A stretch of 64,000 bases of DNA, from positions 17,642-81,641 of the forward strand of contig JBDTSG010000147.1 in assembly GCA_039931265.1 (NCBI GenBank), in the 5' to 3' direction. Source of the DNA: Flavobacteriales bacterium (GTDB lineage Bacteria; Bacteroidota; Bacteroidia; Flavobacteriales_F; PHOS-HE28). The notes beneath the pieces were generated by a model that did not search any database, was not told the origin of the DNA, and saw only the letters and a list, made by a program, of their open reading frames with translations. Below, in pieces: positions 45,701 through 54,329 of the stretch. Position numbers and translations under genes: made by a program. The first letter of the stretch is position 1; every line of letters starts with the position of its first letter.

Positions 45701-46470
45701 TTCGGATCCAAGCGGAGCAACTTCCCGTTGTGGCAATTGAGCAACTGGCTACGCATGGCGCCCACGTTCTCAGCGGGGCGGATGATGCTGTCGGTCAGGG
45801 CTTGTGAGAAATAGGTCGCACCGTCATTTCCCACATCCGTTGCGTTGTAGCTGGCACCATCACCAACGGTTGCCATCAAGGTTCCATCCGCACCGAAAAC
45901 CAACTGGCCCGTGCTGTGACTTTCGTGAAGCAAAGGCACACCCGTCTTCCTCGTCTCACCGAGCAGCACGAAGCGGCTGCTGTAGTCCACCGTATTGAAG
46001 TTGGGACCGATGGCCGTGTACCTCGTAATGCGCATGATGGTCGCGGCGTAGTACTGGTTGGTGCCCGCATTGTAGATACCGGTGCCAGTGCCGTAATTCA
46101 TCAAATGGTGCCGGTCCACCGTGTACAGCATGTACATACGCCCGTTCGTCAGAAAATCCGGATCGAGGGTGAACCCCAGGAAACCGTGGTCGCGCCAATC
46201 ACCTACTTCCTCGCTGATGTCCAACAGCGCAGGACTGAGTTTCACGCCGTTCTGCACGATCCACACCCTGCCCGCCTTCTCCCATACATACATGCGGCCG
46301 TTAGCATCGAACGTGAACCCCACCGGTGCAGTGAACCCGTTCATCACCAACGCGTCGTTGAAGCCCGACGGAACGGTTTGTGCGCAAGTGCTTGGGCCGT
46401 TCAGCACCATACCGACCAGCAATAAGAACGCACCGGAAAAGCGCAGATCAAGCACAATGGACTTCTTCAT
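42748..46470 (-). CDS. Large secreted multidomain protein B (tandem paralog of A)
   Basis: Signal MKKSIVLDLRFSGAFLLLVGMVLN. It has the same GSDH-like / PKD / PA14 / C-terminal architecture as A. About 200 C-terminal residues are identical to A, and the last ~50 diverge. Confidence 0.8.
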   Translation of the reverse strand: MKKSIVLDLRFSGAFLLLVGMVLNGPSTCAQTVPSGFNDALVMNGFTAPVGFTFDANGRMYVWEKAGRVWIVQNGVKLSPALLDISEEVGDWRDHGFLGFTLDPDFLTNGRMYMLYTVDRHHLMNYGTGTGIYNAGTNQYYAATIMRITRYTAIGPNFNTVDYSSRFVLLGETRKTGVPLLHESHSTGQLVFGADGTLMATVGDGASYNATDVGNDGATYFSQALTDSIIRPAENVGAMRSQLLNCHNGKLLRLDPNTGNGVPSNPYYDPLQPRAPKSRVWAMGLRNPFRMTRRPGSGSTNPADGNPGVFYIGDVGWGTWEDLQVSTDPGQNFGWPIFEGLENNTSYAAALTPNLDMPNPLYGTGSCAQQYFNFQDLLKQDTPVHLNGHPNPCDAAVQVPVNVPHWFHSRPAIDWQHGNRSRCGGFSGNTAVTFDLDAVGSPVPGPRFGGNASVGGTWLTGIGWPIGYQNTYFNADYPGAWIKRFTFNADNKPVNVANFGSSMGAVVFVKEGPDGGLWYVRYDTGAIRKVMPIGVTNLPPAAVAQQNVQYGPGPLTVQFTGSNSTDPENAALTYIWNFGDGTTNSSLPNPQHTFTPLNGNPISYNVTLTVLDPSSAFNTATLIVSVNNTPPVVSITSFPDGHFYPLGVDTIYACAGTATDPEPNSLPLTHQWQTIFHHNNHVHPESPVTAVTTSTVISGLGCYTDDYWYEVKYTVTDVQGLSTTVVYDLQPRCSSIAPTAVIVSNVSAGQGPLAVNFNGGTSVDNGTIVSYAWDFGDGTTSTSSAPSKTFTSTGDHVVTLTVTDNDGLVGHASRMISVITFDPPQCVGAAGSILREYWTGIGSGVAVSDLTSNANYPNSPNGSSFPTSIQGPTNWGDNYGTRMRGYIIAPETGLYYFTVTSDDASILYLSLNAKPELKQQIASVPGWTNETEYTKYGTQRSAGVQLQAGVYYYFEFLQKEGGGGDHMAVRWERPSVPTRTIVAGAYLARWQDCSPSVKLRTVLQGAFDTNTGLMRDDLRAQGFIPSTEPFTGLGFTHAGGGGGETVSPGMLAVTGQNAIVDWVLVELRNKNNSAQVLATRSALLQRDGDIIGTDGYPRMLFNVASDNYFIAVRHRNHFGVMIGTSTLLNKDEKSIDFTLTTTATYGTQARTQLPNGKWAQWSGNVVRDNMLKYIGTNNDRDPILVGIGGLVPTNTAQGYQQTDINLDGSTKYIGTNNDRDLILVNLGGSLPTATKQEQLP
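42920..43560. repeat. 641-bp tract 100% identical to 39023..39663
   Basis: See the paired feature at 39023..39663. Confidence 0.8.
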
Positions 46471-46557
46471 TCGTCTATGGATTTGACGGATTGAGCGTGG
46501 CAAACTATCGGGTTCGTCTACCCCAAGTCAAGTAACACCGATCATACATTGGCTGCC

Positions 46558-46833
46558 ATGGAACTGCTCCATCTGGACCTATGGATCACGGGACTGGTGC
46601 AGGGCGTCCGGTACCGGCAGACCGCGGTGGAACGAGCCACGGCGCTGGGTTTGAAGGGTTACGCGAAAAACCTGCCCGACGGCAGCGTGCGCATCGAGGC
46701 CGAGGGCAAAGAGGAAGCCTTGGATGCTTTCGTTGCGTGGTGCCGAACAGGCCCGTCGTTAGCCCGCGTGGATCAGGTGAAGAGCGCGATCGGGAAATGG
46801 GTGGGCTACACCACGTTCGAGACCCGACGGTAG
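46558..46833 (+). CDS. acyP: Acylphosphatase
   Basis: ITGLVQGVRYRQTAVERATALGLKGYAKNLPDGSVRIEAEG carries the acylphosphatase VxGxVQGVxFR signature. The track start at 46549 is a TTG. Confidence 0.8.
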   Translation: MELLHLDLWITGLVQGVRYRQTAVERATALGLKGYAKNLPDGSVRIEAEGKEEALDAFVAWCRTGPSLARVDQVKSAIGKWVGYTTFETRR

Positions 46834-46947
46834 GTTTCTTCACTCAAACGCTGTTGCCTTGAAGTCCGAGGCTTTCAGACCGACGGAGGGAGACCTTGCT
46901 TTTCAATGACTGCCGCTGGTTGTCGTCGCCGATACATTCGCGGCCGT

Positions 46948-48054
46948 ATGGCAAAAACAACATCTATCATAGTGCTCGCCGCGTTGCTCGCTGCCTGCGG
47001 GGGACCACCGCATCCCCAGGAGATCGCGGCTGTTCCCGAACCGGACAGCGTACCAAAGGACACGCTCATCCTTCCGGGCGAGACCCACTTCAAGACGTTG
47101 AAGCAATTGACCTTCGGCGGGGACAATGCCGAGGCCTATTGGAGTTTCGCCGGTGACAAACTCACGTTCCAGGTCACCAATCCGGCTTGGGGGGATAGCT
47201 GCGACCAGATCAGGTTCTTCAACCCGTTCACCGACGACCTGACAACCGGAGCGCCGGCCAAGATCAGCAGCCGCAACGGCCGCAACACGTGCAGCTACTT
47301 CCTGCCCGGCGATAGCCTTGTGCTTTTCGCCAGTACGCAATTGGCAGGGCCCGAATGCCCACCAGTACCCGAGCGGAAACCCGGTGGCAAGTACACGTGG
47401 CCGTTGTACGAAAGCATGGACATTTTCGTGAGCGACCTGAAAGGCAAGATCCGCAAGCAACTGACCAAAACCAAGGGCTACGATGCGGAAGGCACGGTTT
47501 CACCGAAAGGTGATCGCATCGTGTTCACCAGTGTGCGCAATGGCGACATCGATCTGTACACGATGAACATCGACGGTAGCGATGTGAAACAAGTGACCAA
47601 CACCTTGGGATACGACGGTGGTGCGTTCTTCAGTCCGGATGGCACCAAGCTGCTGTGGCGCGCAAGCCGCCCCACCAAACCCGAAGACGTGAAGGACTAC
47701 AAAGACCTTCTGGCCGCGGGCCTCGTTCAACCAACGCAGATGGAACTCTTCGTTGCCAATGCCGACGGCACCGATGCAATGCAGATCACCTCGCTCGGCA
47801 AAGCGAATTGGGCACCCTATTGGCACCCCGATGGCAAGCACATCATCTTCGCCAGCAACCACATGACCGAACGCGGTTTCCCTTTCAGTCTGTTCATGAT
47901 CAACACCGATGGCAGTGGGCTGGAGCGACTCACCGCGAGCGACACCTTCGATGCCTTCCCCGTGTTCAGCGCGGATGGCCGCTACCTCGTTTTCAGCAGC
48001 AACCGTGGTGGCAAAGACCACGAGACGAACCTGTTCATTGCCGAGTGGCAATGA
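46948..48054 (+). CDS. TolB-like / PD40 beta-propeller lipoprotein
   Basis: Lipoprotein signal MAKTTSIIVLAALLAACGG; repeated FSPDG...(L/I)xF PD40 units. Confidence 0.75.
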   Translation: MAKTTSIIVLAALLAACGGPPHPQEIAAVPEPDSVPKDTLILPGETHFKTLKQLTFGGDNAEAYWSFAGDKLTFQVTNPAWGDSCDQIRFFNPFTDDLTTGAPAKISSRNGRNTCSYFLPGDSLVLFASTQLAGPECPPVPERKPGGKYTWPLYESMDIFVSDLKGKIRKQLTKTKGYDAEGTVSPKGDRIVFTSVRNGDIDLYTMNIDGSDVKQVTNTLGYDGGAFFSPDGTKLLWRASRPTKPEDVKDYKDLLAAGLVQPTQMELFVANADGTDAMQITSLGKANWAPYWHPDGKHIIFASNHMTERGFPFSLFMINTDGSGLERLTASDTFDAFPVFSADGRYLVFSSNRGGKDHETNLFIAEWQ

Positions 48055-48111
48055 TGGTGATGGCCGCATCGCAGCCATCTTCGCGCCCCCGAACGATCGG
48101 GACCTTGAAGC

Positions 48112-48450
48112 GTGCCGAACCAGGCTGACCGTACTTGGACACAGCGCCTCGCAGAACGTTGGGGTGTTTCGCCGCAACGCGTGCTGGTGATACTGCTCGT
48201 GTTCGCGCTCACCGGGTTTACGGTCATGTTCCTCAAACGTCCTCTTGTCTCATTGTTCACCGAGGACGGGGCGCAACCCATCCTGTTCACGGTCATCTAT
48301 TACGTACTCATCCTCCCGTTCTACAATCTGTTGCTCTTGGCTTATGGGGCGGTGTTCGGGCAGTTCCGCTTCTTCTGGGAGTTCGAGAAGAAGTTCTTCC
48401 GAAGAATGTTCGGCAGGACTTCTTCGGCGAGTCGCGGGGGTGCCAAGTAG
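48112..48450 (+). CDS. Small membrane protein of unknown function
   Basis: Two predicted TM segments (VLVILLVFALTGFTVMFL; ILFTVIYYVLILPFYNLLLLAYGAVFG). Confidence 0.5.
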   Translation: MPNQADRTWTQRLAERWGVSPQRVLVILLVFALTGFTVMFLKRPLVSLFTEDGAQPILFTVIYYVLILPFYNLLLLAYGAVFGQFRFFWEFEKKFFRRMFGRTSSASRGGAK

Positions 48451-48461
48451 CTCGGCGCGCA

Positions 48462-48908
48462 TCAGCCGCCGAGCGCCTTCGACACCCTGTTCGATTCCCT
48501 GACAGGGCTTTGCTTCAACCGGCAATCCCACACGGTGATGACGCGCCAGCCAAGCTCGTGTAACGCCTTCACCTTCTCCGCATCGCGCTCAACGTTCCGA
48601 TCCAGCTTCCTGCGCCACCAGTTCTTGTTCGCCTTTGGTCGTTGCGGCTGGCAATGCGGGCACTGGTGCCAGAAGCAACCGTGCACGAACACTGCGACCT
48701 TTCTTCCAACGAAGGCGATATCGGGTTTGCCGGGAACCTTTGCGTAATGCAACCTGTAACCGCGTATGCCCGCTGCGCCCAATGCGCCGCGCATTGCTTT
48801 TTCCGGACCGGTGTTCTTGTTGCGTATGCGGCTCATCACCGCGCTCACCCGTGGGTCGGTAGGCACTGGGGCGCGACCGTCGCGGAGATAGATGCGCGCT
48901 ACGGGCAT
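48462..48908 (-). CDS. vsr: Very-short-patch repair endonuclease
   Basis: ...DIAFVGRKVAVFVHGCFWHQCPHC...WWRRKLDRNVERDAE...LGWRVITVWDC is near-colinear with E. coli Vsr (FTHGCFWH, NVERD, GWRVLIVWEC). Confidence 0.85.
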   Translation of the reverse strand: MPVARIYLRDGRAPVPTDPRVSAVMSRIRNKNTGPEKAMRGALGAAGIRGYRLHYAKVPGKPDIAFVGRKVAVFVHGCFWHQCPHCQPQRPKANKNWWRRKLDRNVERDAEKVKALHELGWRVITVWDCRLKQSPVRESNRVSKALGG

Positions 48909-48918
48909 CACCGAACGA

Positions 48919-50058
48919 TCACGCCGTAACCAGCTGGAAGATCCGCTTCAGTGCGGCAACGGTGTGTTCCACTTCTTGCTTCGTGTTGAAGCGCCCGAAG
49001 GAGAAGCGGATGTTCGCACCCGTCTGGTCGGGATACAACGCAGCCATTACGTGGCTGCCCTTGTTGCTGCCGCTGCTGCACGCACTGCCGCCACTGGTGG
49101 CAATGCCTTCGATGTCCAAGTTGTAGAGCAGCATTTCGCTCTTACCATCGTCGGGGAAGTTGACGCTGAGCACCGTGTACAAGCTGTCGGGTCCACTGTC
49201 GCCATTGAAGCTGACCCCGGGGATCTCAGCCGACAAGCGCTGCTTCATGTACGCCTTCAGATCACCGATCATGTGCTGGTGTTCATCCATGTCGCGATAG
49301 GCGATCTCCATGGCCTTGGCCAGACCGACAATGCCGCCAAGATTCTCGGTGCCTGCGCGCATGTTGCGCTCTTGGCTACCACCCAGGATCATCGGTTTCA
49401 GCGTCGCGCCATTGCGCATGTACAGGAAGCCGATGCCTTTCGGACCATGGAACTTGTGCGCGCTTGCGCTCAGGAAGTCGATGGGTAACTGAGCGAGATC
49501 GAAACGATAATGTGCCATGGTCTGCACGGTGTCGCTGTGGAACAACGCACCGTGCTTTCTACACAAACCGCCGATGGCATCGAGATCGATACGCGTGCCC
49601 AGTTCGTTGTTGGCGTGCATCAAACTGACCAGCACGTTCTTGTGTGAGCTGAGCAATTCCTCAAAATGGGCCATATCGGGCCGGCCATGTGCGTCCAGTT
49701 TCACCCAATGCACCTGCGCTTGGCCCAGCTTACCGACTTCATGCGCCGTGAGTTCAACAGCATGATGCTCCACTGGGGAGGTAATGATGTGCTTCACGCC
49801 GAGATCGCGCACGGCGCAATGCAGTACCATGTTGTCGGCCTCCGTACCACCGCTGGTGAAGACAAGTTCACCAGCTGTGCAGTTGAGCAACCCGGCTACC
49901 TGCCGTCTCGCCTTTTCAATGGCAGCGCGCGTCTGTCTTCCGAAGGAGTGGATGCTGCTCGGGTTGCCGTAATGCTCCGAGAGGTAAGGAACCATGGCCT
50001 CAAAGACCTTCGGGTCCAACTGTGTGGTGGCGGCGTTGTCGAAGTAGATGCGGAGCAT
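48919..50058 (-). CDS. Cysteine desulfurase (class V aminotransferase, IscS/NifS family)
   Basis: MLRIYFDNAATTQLDPKV...SGGTEADN...SASAHKFHGPKGIGFLY contains the PLP lysine motif. Confidence 0.9.
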   Translation of the reverse strand: MLRIYFDNAATTQLDPKVFEAMVPYLSEHYGNPSSIHSFGRQTRAAIEKARRQVAGLLNCTAGELVFTSGGTEADNMVLHCAVRDLGVKHIITSPVEHHAVELTAHEVGKLGQAQVHWVKLDAHGRPDMAHFEELLSSHKNVLVSLMHANNELGTRIDLDAIGGLCRKHGALFHSDTVQTMAHYRFDLAQLPIDFLSASAHKFHGPKGIGFLYMRNGATLKPMILGGSQERNMRAGTENLGGIVGLAKAMEIAYRDMDEHQHMIGDLKAYMKQRLSAEIPGVSFNGDSGPDSLYTVLSVNFPDDGKSEMLLYNLDIEGIATSGGSACSSGSNKGSHVMAALYPDQTGANIRFSFGRFNTKQEVEHTVAALKRIFQLVTA

Positions 50059-50231
50059 AGCGCAAAGATGATGTGGAGGGCATTCTCCCCCACAACCGTA
50101 TCAACCCGTGTTATGGGATCCCAGCGCCCTCGCTCCGCCAACACCCCTCCCCTCACATCCCGACTTGTCCCGCCAATGCCCCTACGGGCGCACGGCTACT
50201 TTTGGCGCTCCGATCCCAACCCGACAGGGTC

Positions 50232-51320
50232 ATGACAACAGCGACAAAAGTGAAAATCCACAACTACAGCGCAGGCCCTTGCATCCTGCCGCGCGAGGTG
50301 ATGGAACAGGCCGCGCAAGCGGTTCTCGATTTCGAAGGCAGTGGCCTCGGCATACTGGAGATCAGCCACCGCAGCAAGCCGTTCGAGGCAGTGATGGCAA
50401 AAGCGCAAGCGCTTGTGAAGGAACTCCTCGGGGCACCTGACGGCTACCAAGTGGTGTTCCTTGGCGGAGGTGCCAGCATGGGCTTCCACATGGTGCCGCA
50501 GAACTACATGAAGATCGGTGGCAAGGCGGCATATGCGAACACAGGCGAGTGGGCCAGCCGCGCGATCAAGGAGAGCAAACTGGCCGGTGAAACGATCGTT
50601 GTGGCCAGCAGTGAGGACAAGAACTTCAGTTACATCCCCAAAGGCTTCAGTATTCCCAGCGACGCCGACTACTTCCACTTCACCAGCAACAACACCATTT
50701 TCGGAACGCAGTTCAAGCAATTCCCGAAGAGCCCTGTGCCGGTGGTATGCGATATGAGCAGCGACATCTTCAGTCGCCCGGTGAACGTGGCCGACTTCGC
50801 CCTGATCTATGCCGGCGCGCAGAAGAACATGGGACCTGCCGGTGCCACGGTGTACCTCTTCGACCCGGACCGGTTGGGCAAGACAGGCCGGAAGCTGAGC
50901 CCGATGATGGACCTTAAGAACCACGCGGACAAGGAGAGCATGTACAATACCCCTCCTGTCTTCGCCGTGTACGTGAGCATGCTCACCATGGAGTGGATGA
51001 AGCGCGTGGGCGGTGTGGCCGCGATCGAGAAGCGCAATACGGCGAAAGCGGAATTGCTGTACGGTGCGATCGATCGCTTGCCAGCGTTCAAGGGCACTAC
51101 CGCTGTTGAGGACCGCAGCCACATGAACCCCACGTTCGTTCTGGCCGATGCCAAATCGGAACCAACCTTCGACGCGATGTGGAAGGAAGCAGGGATCAGC
51201 GGCATACGCGGCCACCGCAGCGTGGGTGGCTACCGCGCAAGCATGTACAATGCCCTGCCGATCGAAAGTGTGCAGGCACTTGTTGATGTGATGGAGGAAT
51301 TCGCAAAGAACAACGGATGA
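50232..51320 (+). CDS. serC: Phosphoserine aminotransferase
   Basis: KIHNYSAGPCILPREVMEQA...ISHRSKPFEAVM...GGGASMGF are SerC motifs. The 159-nt upstream part of the track ORF is treated as leader. Confidence 0.9.
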   Translation: MTTATKVKIHNYSAGPCILPREVMEQAAQAVLDFEGSGLGILEISHRSKPFEAVMAKAQALVKELLGAPDGYQVVFLGGGASMGFHMVPQNYMKIGGKAAYANTGEWASRAIKESKLAGETIVVASSEDKNFSYIPKGFSIPSDADYFHFTSNNTIFGTQFKQFPKSPVPVVCDMSSDIFSRPVNVADFALIYAGAQKNMGPAGATVYLFDPDRLGKTGRKLSPMMDLKNHADKESMYNTPPVFAVYVSMLTMEWMKRVGGVAAIEKRNTAKAELLYGAIDRLPAFKGTTAVEDRSHMNPTFVLADAKSEPTFDAMWKEAGISGIRGHRSVGGYRASMYNALPIESVQALVDVMEEFAKNNG

Positions 51321-52294
51321 GCAAACGTGTACACGCCAACGACGGGATCTCGTCGAACGGCAAGCAAGCCCTCACGGATGCCGGCTTTAAGGTCACTGCG
51401 GACTTCATACCCCAGGACAAGCTGGCCGAGTACATCAACAAGGAGCATGTTGAAGTGCTCTTGGTGCGCAGTGCCACCAAAGTCCGGAAGGATCTCATCG
51501 ATGCTTGCCCCGGCCTGAAACTGGTCGGACGGGGTGGTGTCGGCATGGACAACATCGATCGCGAATACGCGACCAACCGACGTATCACGGTGTTCAACAC
51601 ACCCGCCAGCAGCAGCATCAGCGTTGCCGAATTGGTGATGGCACATCTTTTCGCGCTCATGCGCGGGTTGCATGAGAGCAACCGCCACATGCCAGCGCGC
51701 GGCCAAGGTGAATTCAAGGAACTGAAGAAGATCTACGAGAAAGGCCAGGAGTTGCGCGGCAAAACGTTGGGGATCATCGGCTTCGGGCGTATCGGCCAAT
51801 GGACGGCGCGCTATGCTTTGGGAGCAGGCATGAAGGTGATCTACTCCGATCATCACGCCACGGCGGAAGCGATCGAAATGGAAGTTGGCGGGCAGACGTT
51901 GCGTGTGCCCGTGAAGATGGTACCGATGGCCGAGTTGCTCGCGAAAGCCGATGCCATCAGCCTGCACGTGCCTGCCCAAAAGGATGGTGCACCGGTTCTC
52001 GGTCGTGGAGAATTGGCCCTTGTGAAGCAGGGTGCCGTTCTTGTGAACACGGCGCGCGGGGGGAGCGTGGACGAAGACGCCCTGCTCGATGCCCTGAAGA
52101 GCGGCCGATTGCGCGGCGCGGCGCTCGATGTCTTCGTGAACGAGCCTACCCCGCGCGCGGATGTGCTGGGGCATGCGCACATCAGCCTTACCCCGCACAT
52201 CGGTGCTGCCACAGCCGAAGCACAAGGCCGCATCGGCAACGAACTGGCCGACATCATCATTGAGCATTACGCCCAACAGAGCGTGGATGCCTGA
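51317..52294 (+). CDS. serA: D-3-phosphoglycerate dehydrogenase (D-2-hydroxyacid dehydrogenase family)
   Basis: GIIGFGRIGQWTARYALGAGMKV is an NAD-binding motif; ...ARGGSVDEDAL... is the catalytic region. There is an ATGA overlap with the serC stop. Confidence 0.85.
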   Translation: MSKRVHANDGISSNGKQALTDAGFKVTADFIPQDKLAEYINKEHVEVLLVRSATKVRKDLIDACPGLKLVGRGGVGMDNIDREYATNRRITVFNTPASSSISVAELVMAHLFALMRGLHESNRHMPARGQGEFKELKKIYEKGQELRGKTLGIIGFGRIGQWTARYALGAGMKVIYSDHHATAEAIEMEVGGQTLRVPVKMVPMAELLAKADAISLHVPAQKDGAPVLGRGELALVKQGAVLVNTARGGSVDEDALLDALKSGRLRGAALDVFVNEPTPRADVLGHAHISLTPHIGAATAEAQGRIGNELADIIIEHYAQQSVDA

Positions 52295-52300
52295 AGGAGA

Positions 52301-53518
52301 ATGAAGATCCGTCCGTTCCGTGCGTGGCGGCCTGCACCCGATAAGGCCCACCTTGTTGCGAGCCGCAGTTATGTGGAATACGCACCGGAAGACCTGACAG
52401 CCAAGCTCAGGAGCAACCCGTACAGTTTCCTCCACATCGTGCACCCGGATCTGGGGCGCGACATGCACCTTACCCAAGCCGAGCGTTTTCGGCGGGTGCG
52501 CAAAAAATTCGAATCGTTCTGTGCGGACAGGATACTGAAACAGGACGCCTTGCCCAGCCTGTACATCTATCAACAGGATCAGGACGACCACAGCTCGCGC
52601 GGGATCATTTGCGCGGTGAGCGTGCAGGACTATCGCGACGGCCGTATCAAGGTGCACGAGCAAACGCTAACGGCACGCGAAACACTTTTCGAGAAGTACC
52701 TCGGCACCACCGGGATCAACGCCGAACCCGTGCTGCTCACCAGTACCGACATGCCTTTGCTGGAAGCCACCATGGACCGTGTTACCCTAACGCGACCGGA
52801 GTTGGACCTGAGCACGACCGATCGGGTACGGCATCGGTTATGGGCGATCAATGATGTTGCGCACATGGAGGAGATATCGGCGTGCTTCTCCCAACTCGAT
52901 GCCCTGTACATAGCCGATGGCCACCACCGCAGCGCAAGCAGCGCACGCTTGGCCGAGAGCACGAACGCAACCAACAACGACCCGAAGGCTTGGTGCCTCG
53001 CGTTCATTGTTCCGCGCGCACACCTCCACATCTGGAACTTCGATCGCGCCGTGACAAGTCTCAACGGAATGGACACCGCTGAATTCCTGTCGGAGCTGTC
53101 CAAAGTCGGCAGCCTCTCGCCCTTGGAGAACGTACCGACCGATCAACCTGCCCAAGGCCATGTGTTCGTTTGCACACGCCAAGGCTGGTACGAATTGCAG
53201 ATGCCCTCCCCACCGGTCTGGGCAACGCCTGCTGACGCGTTGGACCCCGCCCTACTGAACACCTGTGTGCTTGCGCCGGTGCTCGGTATCCAGGACCTGC
53301 GCACCGATCCGCACATCCGTTTCATTCCCGGCACGCAAGGCCCTGCCGAATTGGAACGCATGGTGAAAAGCGGTGAGGCTGCCGCTGCCTTCCACCTGCG
53401 CCCGATCAGCTTCGAGGAATTGAAGGCCGTTGCGGACAGCAATGGCACGATGCCGCCCAAGAGCACTTACATCGAACCGAAGATGCGTAGCGGCTTGACG
53501 ATCTACCCGTTAGAGTAA
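52301..53518 (+). CDS. DUF1015 domain-containing protein
   Basis: MKIRPFRAWRPAPDKAHLVASRSYVEYAPEDL... is a typical DUF1015 N terminus. It lies immediately downstream of serC-serA. Confidence 0.8.
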   Translation: MKIRPFRAWRPAPDKAHLVASRSYVEYAPEDLTAKLRSNPYSFLHIVHPDLGRDMHLTQAERFRRVRKKFESFCADRILKQDALPSLYIYQQDQDDHSSRGIICAVSVQDYRDGRIKVHEQTLTARETLFEKYLGTTGINAEPVLLTSTDMPLLEATMDRVTLTRPELDLSTTDRVRHRLWAINDVAHMEEISACFSQLDALYIADGHHRSASSARLAESTNATNNDPKAWCLAFIVPRAHLHIWNFDRAVTSLNGMDTAEFLSELSKVGSLSPLENVPTDQPAQGHVFVCTRQGWYELQMPSPPVWATPADALDPALLNTCVLAPVLGIQDLRTDPHIRFIPGTQGPAELERMVKSGEAAAAFHLRPISFEELKAVADSNGTMPPKSTYIEPKMRSGLTIYPLE

Positions 53519-53587
53519 TGTGGCCATGTGGTGATGTGAAAATGAAAACGGCTGAGTGCATCTGAGATCACATCTCCACATTTCCAA

Positions 53588-54253
53588 ATGGACTCTCTTG
53601 AAGATCGCTACCACCGGCTGAAGACGGTGCTGCCCCCGCAGGTAAAACTGATCGCGGTGAGCAAGACCCGTACAGTGGAAGAGATCAGGGCGCTCTATGA
53701 TCTTGGGCAGCGCGCCTTCGGGGAAAACTACCCGCAGGAACTGAAGGAGAAGCAACCGCAGCTTCCCGGTGATATTGAATGGCACTTCATTGGTCACCTT
53801 CAAACCAACAAGGTGAAGGTGATCGCCCCCTTCGTCCATTTGGTGCACAGCGCCGACAGCGAAAGGCTCTTGGACGAACTGGACAAACGTGCCAACACTG
53901 CTGGAAGGCGGATCAACGTCTTGATACAGGTGCATGTGGCGCAGGAGGAAACCAAACATGGTTTCACACCGGATGAGCTTCGCCGGGCTGCTCCTGAATG
54001 GGGCGGCAGGTGGCCGAACCTTTCTGTGCAAGGCATCATGGCCATGGCTTCCTTGACGAATGACCGCATGTTGATCGATGGTGAATTCAAAGCTGCTTCC
54101 GGACTTTTTGACGACCTGAAAGCAGTGGCCGTCTTCCCCGCCGAAAGCTTCACGCACCTTAGCATGGGCATGAGCGGGGACATGGATCTTGCCATGGCGC
54201 GCGGCAGCACGATGGTGCGCGTGGGGACAGCCCTTTTCGGCGAGCGCCACTGA
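53588..54253 (+). CDS. yggS: YggS-family PLP-binding (pyridoxal phosphate homeostasis) protein
   Basis: LIAVSKTRTVEEIRALYDLGQRAFGENYPQEL is the YggS/PROSC signature. Confidence 0.85.
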   Translation: MDSLEDRYHRLKTVLPPQVKLIAVSKTRTVEEIRALYDLGQRAFGENYPQELKEKQPQLPGDIEWHFIGHLQTNKVKVIAPFVHLVHSADSERLLDELDKRANTAGRRINVLIQVHVAQEETKHGFTPDELRRAAPEWGGRWPNLSVQGIMAMASLTNDRMLIDGEFKAASGLFDDLKAVAVFPAESFTHLSMGMSGDMDLAMARGSTMVRVGTALFGERH

Positions 54254-54329
54254 CCCGTCGGACGCGAGGCAACGCATCGCACATCGCCCCGTCTTGTCTG
54301 CGTACTTTCACGCCCAAGCCCGAACGACC

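Noticed and set aside
46471-46557. Candidate Bacteroidota sigma-A promoter (TAnnTTTG -7 box) between giant gene B and acyP
   Set aside because: Only imperfect matches (e.g. TAGTTTGC) were found, so nothing was strong enough to call.
50196-52663. Minus-strand ORFs 50196..51215 (339 aa) and 51230..52663 (477 aa)
   Set aside because: They are antisense to serC and serA/DUF1015 and show no motifs.
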